64,000 nucleotides of DNA from a bacterium (lineage in GTDB: Bacteria; Patescibacteriota; Minisyncoccia; Phycocordibacterales; UBA1550): NCBI GenBank assembly GCA_030649835.1, contig JAUSES010000035.1:19590-83589 (forward strand), read 5' to 3'. The notes under the pieces are model-generated. The model was not told where the DNA came from, did not search any database, and saw only the letters and a list, made by a program, of their open reading frames with translations. A program made the position numbers and the translations under genes. Numbering within the stretch: position 1 is the first letter of the stretch; each line of letters opens with the position of its first letter. This document shows, piece after piece, positions 8,125 through 17,609 of the stretch.

Positions 8125-8919
8125 TTAGTCGGCCCAAACGACGAATGTAAAGACTTTCTGACCGTTGCCGAGATTGCGCTCGTGGAGCGTGGTGCGCCCA
8201 TCGCGAGACTTTCGTATTTCCTTGCCCCATTCTGCTCTATTTTCAGTATCTATGTCATCAGAAACGCGTGATGCCCCCGCGCTTGAAGATGTTCTGCTAA
8301 AAAGTGTAGTAATGGTGTCCAAGTGCGCATAGATAGTTTCAAGCTGAGTGAAGTCGTGCAAGTTTGGATACTGGTTGGTGGACGGATCGTTTGTATAATC
8401 CATGCAGGTGCCAAGATTTGCATTGGTAAAAATCTCATCCTGATGGTCAAGCCCAAAAGTATGTCCAACTTCTTGGCACATTACAAATTGTCTCCAAGCG
8501 GGGGTGTTGTACTTCGCGGTGTTGAAATACGTGTCGTTCAGTTTTACCGTTCCTTGATAAATGTGGTTGCCCGATGCCCACACCGAGGCTATGCCGAGCC
8601 AGCCATTATTTCCATAAGTTTTGTTACAAACCTCCACACGACCGTTTGTCGCTCTACAATTTTTTACATTGCTCTGCCCTGCCACAACTGTAGTGTCGAG
8701 AACTGACGATGCGCTCCACATCGCTGAAGTCGTGGCGAGATGGGTATCCCACACCGATAAAACATTATCCCCTAGTTTAAGCACGAAGGGATTTGCTGTA
8801 CGAGCCCAGTGGTAGCTCCCCCACGCATGGCTTGCTAATGCTATGGTTGCAAATGCCGAAACAGACAGTACTGCGATCGCCCCCACGATTAGTCTTTTTG
8901 TGTAATGTTTTGTATTCAT
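8125..8919 (-). CDS. Secreted matrixin/metzincin-like zinc metalloprotease
   Basis: Signal peptide; QEVGHTFGLDH variant zinc motif; TCMDY Met-turn. Confidence 0.8.
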   Translation of the reverse strand: MNTKHYTKRLIVGAIAVLSVSAFATIALASHAWGSYHWARTANPFVLKLGDNVLSVWDTHLATTSAMWSASSVLDTTVVAGQSNVKNCRATNGRVEVCNKTYGNNGWLGIASVWASGNHIYQGTVKLNDTYFNTAKYNTPAWRQFVMCQEVGHTFGLDHQDEIFTNANLGTCMDYTNDPSTNQYPNLHDFTQLETIYAHLDTITTLFSRTSSSAGASRVSDDIDTENRAEWGKEIRKSRDGRTTLHERNLGNGQKVFTFVVWAD

Positions 8920-9098
8920 CCCGTTAGAGGTAGGAAATTATTAAAAATTTCCGTAGCTAATTATTATCCAATAAATATAAAGTGTCTTTTGTTACGATAT
9001 CCCGCGAGCATAGTCTAACAAACGGTGCCCCACCCGCCATCACTTGGGCACAACTATTTGCTGTGTTCTGGCGAAAGTGGGCGGGAACCTCTAACGGG
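8920..9098. mobile_element. Start-codon-abutting inverted-repeat element, copy 2
   Basis: 14-bp perfect IR ATCCCGTTAGAGGT / ACCTCTAACGGGAT; ATGAAT duplicated on both sides (minus strand). Confidence 0.8.
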
Positions 9099-9111
9099 AT
9101 TCATGTTTTAT

Positions 9112-9139
9112 ATTGTATACCTGCTGTTATGAATTGCAA
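9112..9139 (-). promoter_or_regulatory. Sigma70-like promoter, leaderless geometry
   Basis: TTGCAA-N16-TACAAT-N7-ATG(9104). Confidence 0.55.
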
Positions 9140-9173
9140 GAGTTTTTTGAACAAGGTCTGAATGGCTCTAAAA

Positions 9174-9360
9174 ATGCTCTGCAGAAAAGACAGTATTCCA
9201 CGGCTCTGTCTTTGCGAGCGGAGCGAAGCAACCCAGAGAATGTGTGATAAATCCTGGAGATAGCGTCCGAGACGTGAATTTACTAATTCAGCTTCGTCGT
9301 TGAATTAGCAAATTCACTTCCTGGGAGCTCCTCGCAAAGACACTATTTTCTACAGAGCAT
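9174..9360. mobile_element. MITE-like element containing nested REP copy 3
   Basis: 15-bp TIR ATGCTCTG(C/T)AGAAAA; flanking direct repeat TCTAAAA(A) at 9167 and 9361. Confidence 0.65.
9208..9341. repeat. CGTC-type REP-like element, copy 3, with an internal AT-rich hairpin insert
   Basis: GTCTTTGCGAG...CTCGCAAAGAC ends; inner GTGAATTTACTAATTCA / TGAATTAGCAAATTCAC. Confidence 0.75.
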
Positions 9361-9369
9361 TCTAAAAAC

Positions 9370-11307
9370 CTATTTCAGCAACTCATTCAGCTGATTCTGT
9401 TTGCCGTTTGCTATCAAAATCTGTGAGTAGAACTTTTTTGCCTCTGGGTATTCTGGCGCAAGCTCATAGGCGCGCTTAAATGCCATTTCTGAGTTTGCCA
9501 AATCTTTCTTATTATAATATGCGCTCCCAAGCTCAAAAAGTATCGTTTGTTTTTTGGGCGAAAGCTCCGAAGCTTTGTTTAAATATGCGAGCCCTTTGTC
9601 AAAGATACCAACGCGAGAGAAAAAGCTTCCTGCAAAAACTTGATAACGCGCGTCATTAGGAAGCTCTCGTGCCTGCTTTTCAAGCTCTTCTCCTGCAAGG
9701 ATGAGAAATTGTTGCTGTATCTCTGATATCCCTTTAGATGAATCAAATCCATTCATTGCAAGCTGACCGAGCTGCTCGCGCGCTTCAGAGGTTCCAAAAG
9801 AACCATATGCGATAGTTTCTTTAAAAAGCGCAAGGTTATGTGCCGGACCCTCAGACCCACGCTCAGACATGGCGCGAATAAGCGTTGTATTTTGCTTGAA
9901 GCCGTTGTGGTTTACAAAATAGACAAGAACAATCGCAAGAATGATTGCGCCACCCGAAACCATGAAAGTGAGGTCTTCTCCATCGGTTTTTCTGCCTTCA
10001 ACCTTTTGTCTTTCATCCCCCGTCTCCCTGTGACTAATACTCACAATGTATGCAAGTATTGTCCCAAAATAAATAAGTGAGGTGAGGTTATCAAACACGA
10101 AAAGATTTTGGAAAAAATATCCGCCCAAAAGCCCCGTCAAAACACTTTTTTCAACGACGGACAGTTCATCCGCTCGACGCCAAATACAGTACATTGCGCA
10201 CGCAAATAGTGAGATATACGCAAGCAGTGCGGGAAGTCCACCGGCGATTAGCCAATCAAAGAATACATTGTGTGCGCGGTCGAACCATTGCTCTTGTCCA
10301 TACATCTTTGGGTCATAGTATTTATTAAATACATAATTAAAATTTTCCATTCCCCAGCCAAGCACAGGACGCTCTTTGAACCCTTGGTATGCCATATTCC
10401 AAACCATAAAGCGCGACTTGGTAGTCGTCTCGGTAAGGGATATTGATCCAAACCGCGAAAGTACTGGACTATCTTTTACAAACTGTGCATCGCGCATCGC
10501 TATAAATCCGCCGACAAATAAAATAACGACGGCAAGAATTCCTATTGCGCTCCCTCGTACCACTTTTCTCTCACGCTCAAATATTGCTACCAAAAGTGTT
10601 GCAAGTCCTATTCCTGCAATAAGCCCGAGCATCGCTCCACGCGTAGCGGTGTGATAGAGCACAAATGTTTGCAAGAGGACGATAGAGCCATATATTGCCA
10701 CACGCACCCTTTCCCCTATCGTAGTGAAGCTTTCGCGCACAAGGAAAAACCCTGCAAGGAAAACATTAAAAAGTGCATAGGTCCCCATGTACGCCGCGTT
10801 GCCCAGGGTGCCGTTCACCCGCACACCGTCCTGTACAATGGTCAAATCTCCCGCCCATTGAAGCACTGCGTAAATTGCCATACACACACCTACCGCAAGA
10901 TGAAAATTTAAATACGGTCGCCAGAGGTCGCGCACCGTGAGGACCGTAGATGCTACAATAAAATATGCAAAGAGGTGGAAGTATGTTACGACCCCTTCCA
11001 TGCGCTCAAAGTTTGACCAAAAGCTCTTTGTGGGGTTTTCACCAAAAATTGCTGAGAGTGTAATGATACCGAGAAACGCCACAAAGGCGCCGAGGAGCCA
11101 TGTTTTCTTTAGGCGATATGCGGGGTCAATGAACGCAAGAACAATCCACGCAGAAAACATTATCTCTACCACAAGGCGAAACGCAAAGTTTTTTCCTACA
11201 ATAAACGGGAAAAATGTGTTTTGTGACAAAACAATAAACGGAATAAATGGCACCGCCACAAACCCCGCCAAAACCACCGCATTCGCCAAAAATTTATGTA
11301 TGTTCAT
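9370..11307 (-). CDS. O-antigen ligase (Wzy_C)-family membrane protein with C-terminal TPRs
   Basis: Multi-TM; GTLGN, TATRGA, RPVLGWG, DRAHNVFFD motifs; TPR-like C-terminus. Confidence 0.9.
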   Translation of the reverse strand: MNIHKFLANAVVLAGFVAVPFIPFIVLSQNTFFPFIVGKNFAFRLVVEIMFSAWIVLAFIDPAYRLKKTWLLGAFVAFLGIITLSAIFGENPTKSFWSNFERMEGVVTYFHLFAYFIVASTVLTVRDLWRPYLNFHLAVGVCMAIYAVLQWAGDLTIVQDGVRVNGTLGNAAYMGTYALFNVFLAGFFLVRESFTTIGERVRVAIYGSIVLLQTFVLYHTATRGAMLGLIAGIGLATLLVAIFERERKVVRGSAIGILAVVILFVGGFIAMRDAQFVKDSPVLSRFGSISLTETTTKSRFMVWNMAYQGFKERPVLGWGMENFNYVFNKYYDPKMYGQEQWFDRAHNVFFDWLIAGGLPALLAYISLFACAMYCIWRRADELSVVEKSVLTGLLGGYFFQNLFVFDNLTSLIYFGTILAYIVSISHRETGDERQKVEGRKTDGEDLTFMVSGGAIILAIVLVYFVNHNGFKQNTTLIRAMSERGSEGPAHNLALFKETIAYGSFGTSEAREQLGQLAMNGFDSSKGISEIQQQFLILAGEELEKQARELPNDARYQVFAGSFFSRVGIFDKGLAYLNKASELSPKKQTILFELGSAYYNKKDLANSEMAFKRAYELAPEYPEAKKFYSQILIANGKQNQLNELLK

Positions 11308-11425
11308 ATTGTTTAGAAATTTGTTAAATTATAGAGATTTATCAGGAAAACTTAAAAAAATCTTGACCATCTACCCAGATACTGGACACGTAGTATGACA
11401 ATCGTATCATAATTATCTAATAAAA

Positions 11426-12151
11426 TTAAATTACTAATTGATGTTGTAGCTTTTCCTTTGCAAGTATCTGTGCCCTTAAAAGACTCTCGAAAGTGCCACA
11501 GTCGATCCAGTCCCCCTTAACTTCAACAACAGCAAGCTCGCTACTTTTAAGAAACCAGTTATGAAGATCTACAATTTCAAGCTCCCCACGTAAGCTTGGT
11601 TTTATTTTTTTTGCAACCTCAATAACTCTCTTGTCGTACAAGTAAAGTCCCGTAATTGCGTGATCGCTAATTTTTTGTTTTGGTTTCTCAATAATTAACT
11701 CAGCTTTCATGTTTTCGTCAAATTTAACTACCCCAAACCTCTCTGGGTCATGAACTCTTTTCGCAAATATCTTTGCCCCTCCAGAAAAATCTTTTATATC
11801 TTGAGAAAAATCGTCTTCAAAAATGTTATCTCCCAAAATCATTGCAACGTTTTCGCTTCCGATAAAATGTTCACCAATAATAAACGCTTCAGGAAGCCCT
11901 GCAGGTTTATCTTGAATCTCATAGCTAATCTTAACACCAAATTCCTTACCACTACCAAGAAGATTTAGGTAGTCCCCCGCCCTCTCTGGTGCGACGATAA
12001 TTAAGATATCCTTTATCCCTGCTCTAATTAAGGTATTCAATGGGTAAAAGATCATTGGCCTATTATAGACGTGAAGAAGCTGTTTGCTCGTAGTTTTCGT
12101 GCAGGGGAACAGCCTAGATCCGACTCCTCCCGACAAAATAATTCCTTTCAT
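11426..12151 (-). CDS. rmlA: Glucose-1-phosphate thymidylyltransferase (short form)
   Basis: GIILSGGVGSRLFP..SKQLL, LGDNIF, RGELEI, WIDCGT. Confidence 0.9.
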   Translation of the reverse strand: MKGIILSGGVGSRLFPCTKTTSKQLLHVYNRPMIFYPLNTLIRAGIKDILIIVAPERAGDYLNLLGSGKEFGVKISYEIQDKPAGLPEAFIIGEHFIGSENVAMILGDNIFEDDFSQDIKDFSGGAKIFAKRVHDPERFGVVKFDENMKAELIIEKPKQKISDHAITGLYLYDKRVIEVAKKIKPSLRGELEIVDLHNWFLKSSELAVVEVKGDWIDCGTFESLLRAQILAKEKLQHQLVI

Positions 12152-12209
12152 AGTAGTGTAAGTCTACACCGAGCCATATGTCAGCGCAACCCACTAACCT
12201 GTTCTGCGC

Positions 12210-13052
12210 TTAGTTGAGTGAACTCTTGTATATTTTGAAAATCTGTGTCAATCGATCTTTGTCGAGAGCAGGCATTGATATACCAAATGATTTTGCTTTT
12301 TTATTCGACAGGACGCAATTACTTCTTTTTGCTTTTACAATACCCTGCTCTAATTCTTTAATATTTATTATCTGATAGTTATGAGAAGGATCAATTATTT
12401 TTTTATACATTTCAAGAATTTCCTTATGTTCAATATAACCGTCATTAACTAAATTCAAAATTCCGAAGGGTTTTATTATTGCTAATTTCTCAATTGCAGG
12501 AAACATGTCCTCTATAAGGGTAACAGAATTGGGTACTGAAATTATACTTTTATACGAGATAAGTTTATTTATTAAGTTCCTTGGATGTGCCCTTGCGGAG
12601 ATCGGCATTCTTATCCGAATCTGCAATACAGGAAGTTCCTTCAGGGCCTCTTGAGCCACAACTCTCATTCGTGAGTAAAAGCTCCCAAAAAAATTAGGGG
12701 GGTCCATTTCTGTGAACGCCATATCCTTGCCCCCTTCATAAATGCATCCTGACCCAATCTGTATAGGATATGCACCAAACTCTAAAGCAGCCAGCATAAC
12801 ATTAATCACCCCACCAACGTTCACGGCGACAGTTTCATTCTTGTGGTCTTCACACCAGTCAATGTTTGGGTAGGCTCGAACTCCAGCAAAATTTACAACT
12901 ACTTCTGGTTTCGTCTCCTTGAATTTTTTACGAAGTGCTTGAAAATCTGTAACTTCTACACGCTCAGTAATAACTTCATGCCCTCTATCTTCTAAATACT
13001 GAGTGAGACCACTGCCCATAAAGCCACTAGCGCCCAAAATATAAAATTTCAT
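12210..13052 (-). CDS. NDP-4-keto-6-deoxyglucose 3,5-epimerase/4-reductase-like protein (NRS/ER-UER1 type, RmlD superfamily)
   Basis: PNIDWCEDHK, GCIY, PNFFGSFYS, RIRMPIS, PRNLINK, VPNSVT motifs. Confidence 0.75.
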   Translation of the reverse strand: MKFYILGASGFMGSGLTQYLEDRGHEVITERVEVTDFQALRKKFKETKPEVVVNFAGVRAYPNIDWCEDHKNETVAVNVGGVINVMLAALEFGAYPIQIGSGCIYEGGKDMAFTEMDPPNFFGSFYSRMRVVAQEALKELPVLQIRIRMPISARAHPRNLINKLISYKSIISVPNSVTLIEDMFPAIEKLAIIKPFGILNLVNDGYIEHKEILEMYKKIIDPSHNYQIINIKELEQGIVKAKRSNCVLSNKKAKSFGISMPALDKDRLTQIFKIYKSSLN

Positions 13053-13291
13053 TTTACTATTCTAACACAATTATTTTTTAATGTCTTTAAATAAATATTG
13101 TACTCCCAATATCATTATAAATTAAAATAATTTGGGCATATTTGCATTATTAATAATGTTATCACTCAAACAAAAGAACTATATTTCTACTTCACGACAA
13201 TTCTTCAATAACTACTAATCTTTTCATCCCCACTCTGTATCTACCTCAAGCCTTTATATTTTTTTCTTCTTGGGCATGAAATACATCCTAT

Positions 13292-14710
13292 TTATATATT
13301 TCGCTCATACACATCATCAAACCGCACAATATCATCCTCGCCTAGATATGCGCCATTCTGTACTTCAATAACCTCAAGGACCTCATTTGTTGGATTTTCA
13401 AGTCGATGAATAGTCTCGGTGGGAATATCGACTGTTTGGTTTATTTCATATAAGAGAGTACTTTCTCCTACTGTTGCTTTTGCTACACCTTGTATCACAA
13501 CCCAGTGCTCGGAGCGCTGGTGATGCAACTGAAGGGAGAGTCGCTCGTGCGGGTTCACCATAATTTTTTTTACTTTATATCCCAAACCTTCCTCAAGCAC
13601 GGTATAAGACCCCCATGGGCGCACTACAGTTTTGTGCTCTTTGTACTGCATTTTATTTCTTTCTTTGAGGACTGCAAATGCATTTTTTATCTTGTGGGTT
13701 TCGTCCTTGTGTACAATAAGTACCGCATCCTCTGTATCAACCACGACAATTCCACTTACTCCAATTGCAACAGTCGCCCTCTTTTCACTTCCGTATACTA
13801 AAGAGTTCTCACAATCAATGATCAATGCGTGCTCATTTAGAACATTGCCTCTTGAGTCTTTTCCCAAAAGTTCGTATAGAGACTTCCATGAACCAATATC
13901 TCTCCAGCCAAATTTCACCTTGATGACTTCGACCGCCTTACTTCTTTCAAGAAGGCCTACATCTATAGACACAGGGGAAAGAACTGAAAAATGTTCTATA
14001 AACTTTTCATTATTCGTTTCTCTTAAAGAAATCGCGTGAACAACCTCTGGTAGATATTTTTTAATCTCCTTATTAAATGTTTTTGCGCTCCAAATAAAAA
14101 TTCCTGCATTCCAAAGATACCCATCTTTTACATAAACTTCCGCTATTTCCTGTGGAGGTTTTTCAACAAAACACTCAACAGGCACGGATACCTGTTTTCC
14201 TATTGCAGAAGCTGGTTTAATGTATCCGTATTCAGGACTTGAGCTATCTGGAGCAATACCGAGAGTAATGAGCTTTCCTTCTCCCGCACGTGCGAATGCA
14301 GTAATTATACTTTTTTTAAATGCTACGGTGTCTGTGATTAGATGATCTGCAGGCGAAACAAGGATAAGTGCACCTCTATCTTTTTTTTGAATAACGTCAA
14401 CAGCGAGAGAAATGGCAGGAGCGGTATTTTTTTGAGCAGGTTCTATTATTAGCTGTTCACGGGTGAATCCATAACTTTTAAGTTGTAGTAGTATGTCAGT
14501 GGTAAATTGTTTGTTAGTAACAATGTAAATATTTTCTTTTGGAACAATACTTTCTGTTCGTGAAAATGTTTCCTGAATAAGTGTTTTGTTGCCAGTAAGA
14601 GCCAAAAGCTGTTTAGGATACATTTCACGGCTAATAGGCCAAAGTCGCGTTCCCGACCCTCCCGCAAGAATCACCGCATAATAATGGTTATTATTGAGTT
14701 GTTTTTTCAC
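13292..14710 (-). CDS. manC: Mannose-1-phosphate guanylyltransferase / mannose-6-phosphate isomerase
   Basis: ILAGGSGTRLWPISR..PKQ, WNAGIF, C-terminal cupin RPWG..LSLQLHHQRSEHW. Confidence 0.95.
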   Translation of the reverse strand: MKKQLNNNHYYAVILAGGSGTRLWPISREMYPKQLLALTGNKTLIQETFSRTESIVPKENIYIVTNKQFTTDILLQLKSYGFTREQLIIEPAQKNTAPAISLAVDVIQKKDRGALILVSPADHLITDTVAFKKSIITAFARAGEGKLITLGIAPDSSSPEYGYIKPASAIGKQVSVPVECFVEKPPQEIAEVYVKDGYLWNAGIFIWSAKTFNKEIKKYLPEVVHAISLRETNNEKFIEHFSVLSPVSIDVGLLERSKAVEVIKVKFGWRDIGSWKSLYELLGKDSRGNVLNEHALIIDCENSLVYGSEKRATVAIGVSGIVVVDTEDAVLIVHKDETHKIKNAFAVLKERNKMQYKEHKTVVRPWGSYTVLEEGLGYKVKKIMVNPHERLSLQLHHQRSEHWVVIQGVAKATVGESTLLYEINQTVDIPTETIHRLENPTNEVLEVIEVQNGAYLGEDDIVRFDDVYERNI

Positions 14711-14846
14711 AGAAATATGTCCCCAAGGTTACAACAGTAGATCGCAATATACCACACAAAGCAGAAAAAAGGAAAGGCTGAGAGTAACAGAATATCCTAA
14801 GTACGAATTATTTTTCTTCATTACCTTTGACCATATATCATAATGG

Positions 14847-14881
14847 CACCTATTGACACCTTTTGATATTACGAATAATAT
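14847..14881 (+). promoter_or_regulatory. Promoter with overlapping 10-bp direct repeats
   Basis: TTGACA(14853)-N17-TAATAT-N7-ATG; CACCTATTGA/CACCTTTTGA tandem repeat over the -35. Confidence 0.6.
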
Positions 14882-14888
14882 ATGTCAA

Positions 14889-15137
14889 ATGAATAAAGAA
14901 ATCAATCTTCACGAGGTTTATACAACAACAGAAGCCCAACAGCTCCTCAAAATAAGCGACAGCACTATGAAGCGCCATCTCAAAAATGGCCTTATTCGTG
15001 CTAATAAAGTTGGTGGTCAATATCGCATTCTCGGAAAAGAGATTCTTCGCATTGTTTCTCCAGAGCTTGAGAAAGGGGCAACGAGATCATACCTTGGTCT
15101 TAAGGAAAAAGTCGTAAACACGATGAATAAATGGTAG
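14889..15137 (+). CDS. Excisionase/MerR-like helix-turn-helix DNA-binding protein
   Basis: YTTTEAQQLLKISDSTMKRHLKNGLIRANKVGGQYRI is an HTH_17-type pattern. Confidence 0.8.
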   Translation: MNKEINLHEVYTTTEAQQLLKISDSTMKRHLKNGLIRANKVGGQYRILGKEILRIVSPELEKGATRSYLGLKEKVVNTMNKW

Positions 15138-15149
15138 TATATTAAAATT

Positions 15150-16190
15150 ATGAAAAAAGCACTTATCACGGGCATTACAGGACAGGACGGTTCGTATCTT
15201 GCTGAACTCCTTCTGGAAAAAGGTTACCAAGTGCACGGCATCATACGTCGATCGAGCACCTTCAACACCTCACGTATAGACCATATTTACGAAGACGCAC
15301 ACTCCCCCGACTGGAAGCTTCACTTGCACTATGGTGACCTTTCTGATGGGAGCAACCTAAACCGTATTTTAGAGAAAGTGCAACCGGATGAAATCTACCA
15401 TCTCGGCGCGCAAAGCCATGTTCGCGTAAGTTTTGATATGCCCGAGTACACTGGTGATGTTACGGGGCTCGGAACACTCCGTATTCTTGACGCTATACGT
15501 GAGTCAGGCATTAAGACAAAATTTTATCAAGCCTCCTCCAGTGAGATGTTTGGGAAAGCAGTGGAGCTTCCTCTCAAAGAGACAACACCGTTTCATCCAA
15601 GATCTCCGTACGGTTGTGCCAAGGTATACGCTTACTGGATAGTAAAAAACTATAGGGAGGCATACGGTATGTTTGCAACAAATGGCATACTTTTTAATCA
15701 TGAGTCCCCCCGTCGTGGCGAAACGTTTGTGACTAAAAAAATTACACGTGGCCTCGCGCGAATAAAACTAGGAAAGGATGACATGCTTTATCTCGGCAAC
15801 TTGGACGCACAGCGCGACTGGGGTTATGCAAAGGATTACGTCTATGGAATGTGGCTTATGCTTCAACACGATGAGCCGGATGACTTCATTCTTGCAACAA
15901 ACGAGACACACACTGTGCGTGAGTTTGTGGAGGAAGCCGGAAAGCACCTTGGCTTTGAAATTATCTGGAAAGGTTCTGGAGAGAATGAAGAGGGCGTGGA
16001 TAAAAAAACAGGAAAAACAATAATTAAAATTGACCCAAGATATTTTAGACCGGCGGAGGTGGATATTCTTCTTGGTGACTATTCAAAAGCAAAAGAGAAG
16101 CTTGGCTGGGAGCCAGAAACAAAGTTTAAGGAATTGGCTAAACTTATGACAGAGGAGGATTTCAAAAAAGAAAAACTCACAAAAAATTAA
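15150..16190 (+). CDS. gmd: GDP-mannose 4,6-dehydratase
   Basis: [40 protein letters not shown]. Confidence 0.97.
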   Translation: MKKALITGITGQDGSYLAELLLEKGYQVHGIIRRSSTFNTSRIDHIYEDAHSPDWKLHLHYGDLSDGSNLNRILEKVQPDEIYHLGAQSHVRVSFDMPEYTGDVTGLGTLRILDAIRESGIKTKFYQASSSEMFGKAVELPLKETTPFHPRSPYGCAKVYAYWIVKNYREAYGMFATNGILFNHESPRRGETFVTKKITRGLARIKLGKDDMLYLGNLDAQRDWGYAKDYVYGMWLMLQHDEPDDFILATNETHTVREFVEEAGKHLGFEIIWKGSGENEEGVDKKTGKTIIKIDPRYFRPAEVDILLGDYSKAKEKLGWEPETKFKELAKLMTEEDFKKEKLTKN

Positions 16191-16211
16191 AACGATTTCA
16201 AAAAAAACATT

Positions 16212-16667
16212 ATGAATAATATTCCTGCGGAAATCTATGCACAGATACACCACGCGGTACCAATCGCTTGCGTTGATGTTGTGTTAAAGAAGGATAATAC
16301 TTTTTTGCTTGTTAAACGAACTAACAAGCCCGCACAAGGACAGTGGTGGATCCCCGGAGGAAGGATCCTTAAGGGGGAGATTCTTGAGGATTCGGCACGA
16401 CGCAAGGTTCGCCAAGAAACTGGGGCGGGGATACGGATTGAACGGATACTTGGTGCCGACGAAACGCTATTCTCCGATGGTCCTTTTAATGACTCAACTC
16501 ATACAATCAATGTTGTTTTTCTTGCAACAATCGAAGACCAGGATACTATTGTCAAGCTCGACCCACAGAACGATGAGTATCAATGGTTTTCATACATCGA
16601 TCCTGTATGGCATCCTTATGTGAAAAAGTTTCTTGCGCTTGCGGGATTTATTGAACAAGGAAATTAA
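16212..16667 (+). CDS. gmm: NUDIX hydrolase, GDP-mannose mannosyl hydrolase-like
   Basis: PIACVD..KRTNKPAQGQWWIPGGRILKGE..RKVRQETG; lies between gmd and fcl. Confidence 0.7.
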   Translation: MNNIPAEIYAQIHHAVPIACVDVVLKKDNTFLLVKRTNKPAQGQWWIPGGRILKGEILEDSARRKVRQETGAGIRIERILGADETLFSDGPFNDSTHTINVVFLATIEDQDTIVKLDPQNDEYQWFSYIDPVWHPYVKKFLALAGFIEQGN

Positions 16668-16673
16668 ACTACA

Positions 16674-17609
16674 ATGAATAAAAACTCTAAAATATTTGTT
16701 GCAGGACACAGAGGGCTTGTAGGTTCTGCTATTGTCCGTGCTCTTCAAAAAGAAGGGTTTACCAACCTCTTCCTCAAAACGCACGCTGAGCTTGATTTGC
16801 TCGACCAAAACGCAGTTAAAAGTTTTTTTGAGAGGGAAAAACCTGAATATGTTTTCCTCGCAGCAGCAAAAGTAGGGGGGATTATGGCAAATAAGACTTA
16901 TCCTGCGGATTTTATATATAGCAATGTATCTATTCAAACGAATGTAATTCATAACGCCTATGTAAATAATGTAAAAAAACTTTTGTTCCTTGGAAGCTCG
17001 TGTATCTATCCAAAACTGTGTGAACAGCCTATCAAAGAGGAGTATCTATTGTCTGGAGCACTTGAGGAGTCCAATAAAGGATATGCTCTGGCAAAAATCG
17101 CTGGGATCATTATGTGTCAATCATACAACGAGCAATACGGTACCAATTTCATTTCCCTCATGCCTACCAATCTCTACGGCCCCAATGACAATTTCGATCT
17201 CGAAAATTCTCACGTACTTCCTGCAATGATACGAAAATTCCACGAAGCCAAGGTTTCTCAAGCGCCCAGCGTCTCACTATGGGGAACAGGAAGCGCAATG
17301 CGCGAGTTTTTACATGTCGACGATCTTGCAAACGCATCCTTGTTTTTAATGGAGAATTACGATTCTTCTGCTATTATCAATGTGGGAACAGGCGAGGATA
17401 TAACAATACGAGAACTTGCGGAAAAAATTAAAAAGGCGACGGATTATCAAGGTAATATTGTATGGGATACATCAAAACCTGACGGAACTCCAAGAAAATT
17501 ACTTGATGTGACCAAGTTGCATAAACTTGGGTGGAGCCACAGTGTCTCTCTTGATGATGGCATCACTTCAACTTATGAATGGTTTAGGAAAAATTATAAA
17601 AATGAGTAA
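16674..17609 (+). CDS. fcl: GDP-L-fucose synthase
   Basis: [42 protein letters not shown]. Confidence 0.96.
   Translation: MNKNSKIFVAGHRGLVGSAIVRALQKEGFTNLFLKTHAELDLLDQNAVKSFFEREKPEYVFLAAAKVGGIMANKTYPADFIYSNVSIQTNVIHNAYVNNVKKLLFLGSSCIYPKLCEQPIKEEYLLSGALEESNKGYALAKIAGIIMCQSYNEQYGTNFISLMPTNLYGPNDNFDLENSHVLPAMIRKFHEAKVSQAPSVSLWGTGSAMREFLHVDDLANASLFLMENYDSSAIINVGTGEDITIRELAEKIKKATDYQGNIVWDTSKPDGTPRKLLDVTKLHKLGWSHSVSLDDGITSTYEWFRKNYKNE

Noticed and set aside
8920-9098. GTTAGAG / CTCTAAC cores resembling integron attC R boxes
   Set aside because: Order is inverted relative to attC (RYYYAAC...GTTRRRY), the elements precede genes rather than follow them, and no integron integrase is present.
975-9341. 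Repeats as a CRISPR array
   Set aside because: Copies are dispersed, with no regular repeat-spacer period and no cas genes.
13053-13291. AT-rich gap between manC and the NRS/ER gene as a pseudogene
   Set aside because: No recognisable protein motif or sizeable ORF.
14889-15137. Excisionase as a prophage marker
   Set aside because: No integrase or phage genes; it is the first gene of the gmd operon.
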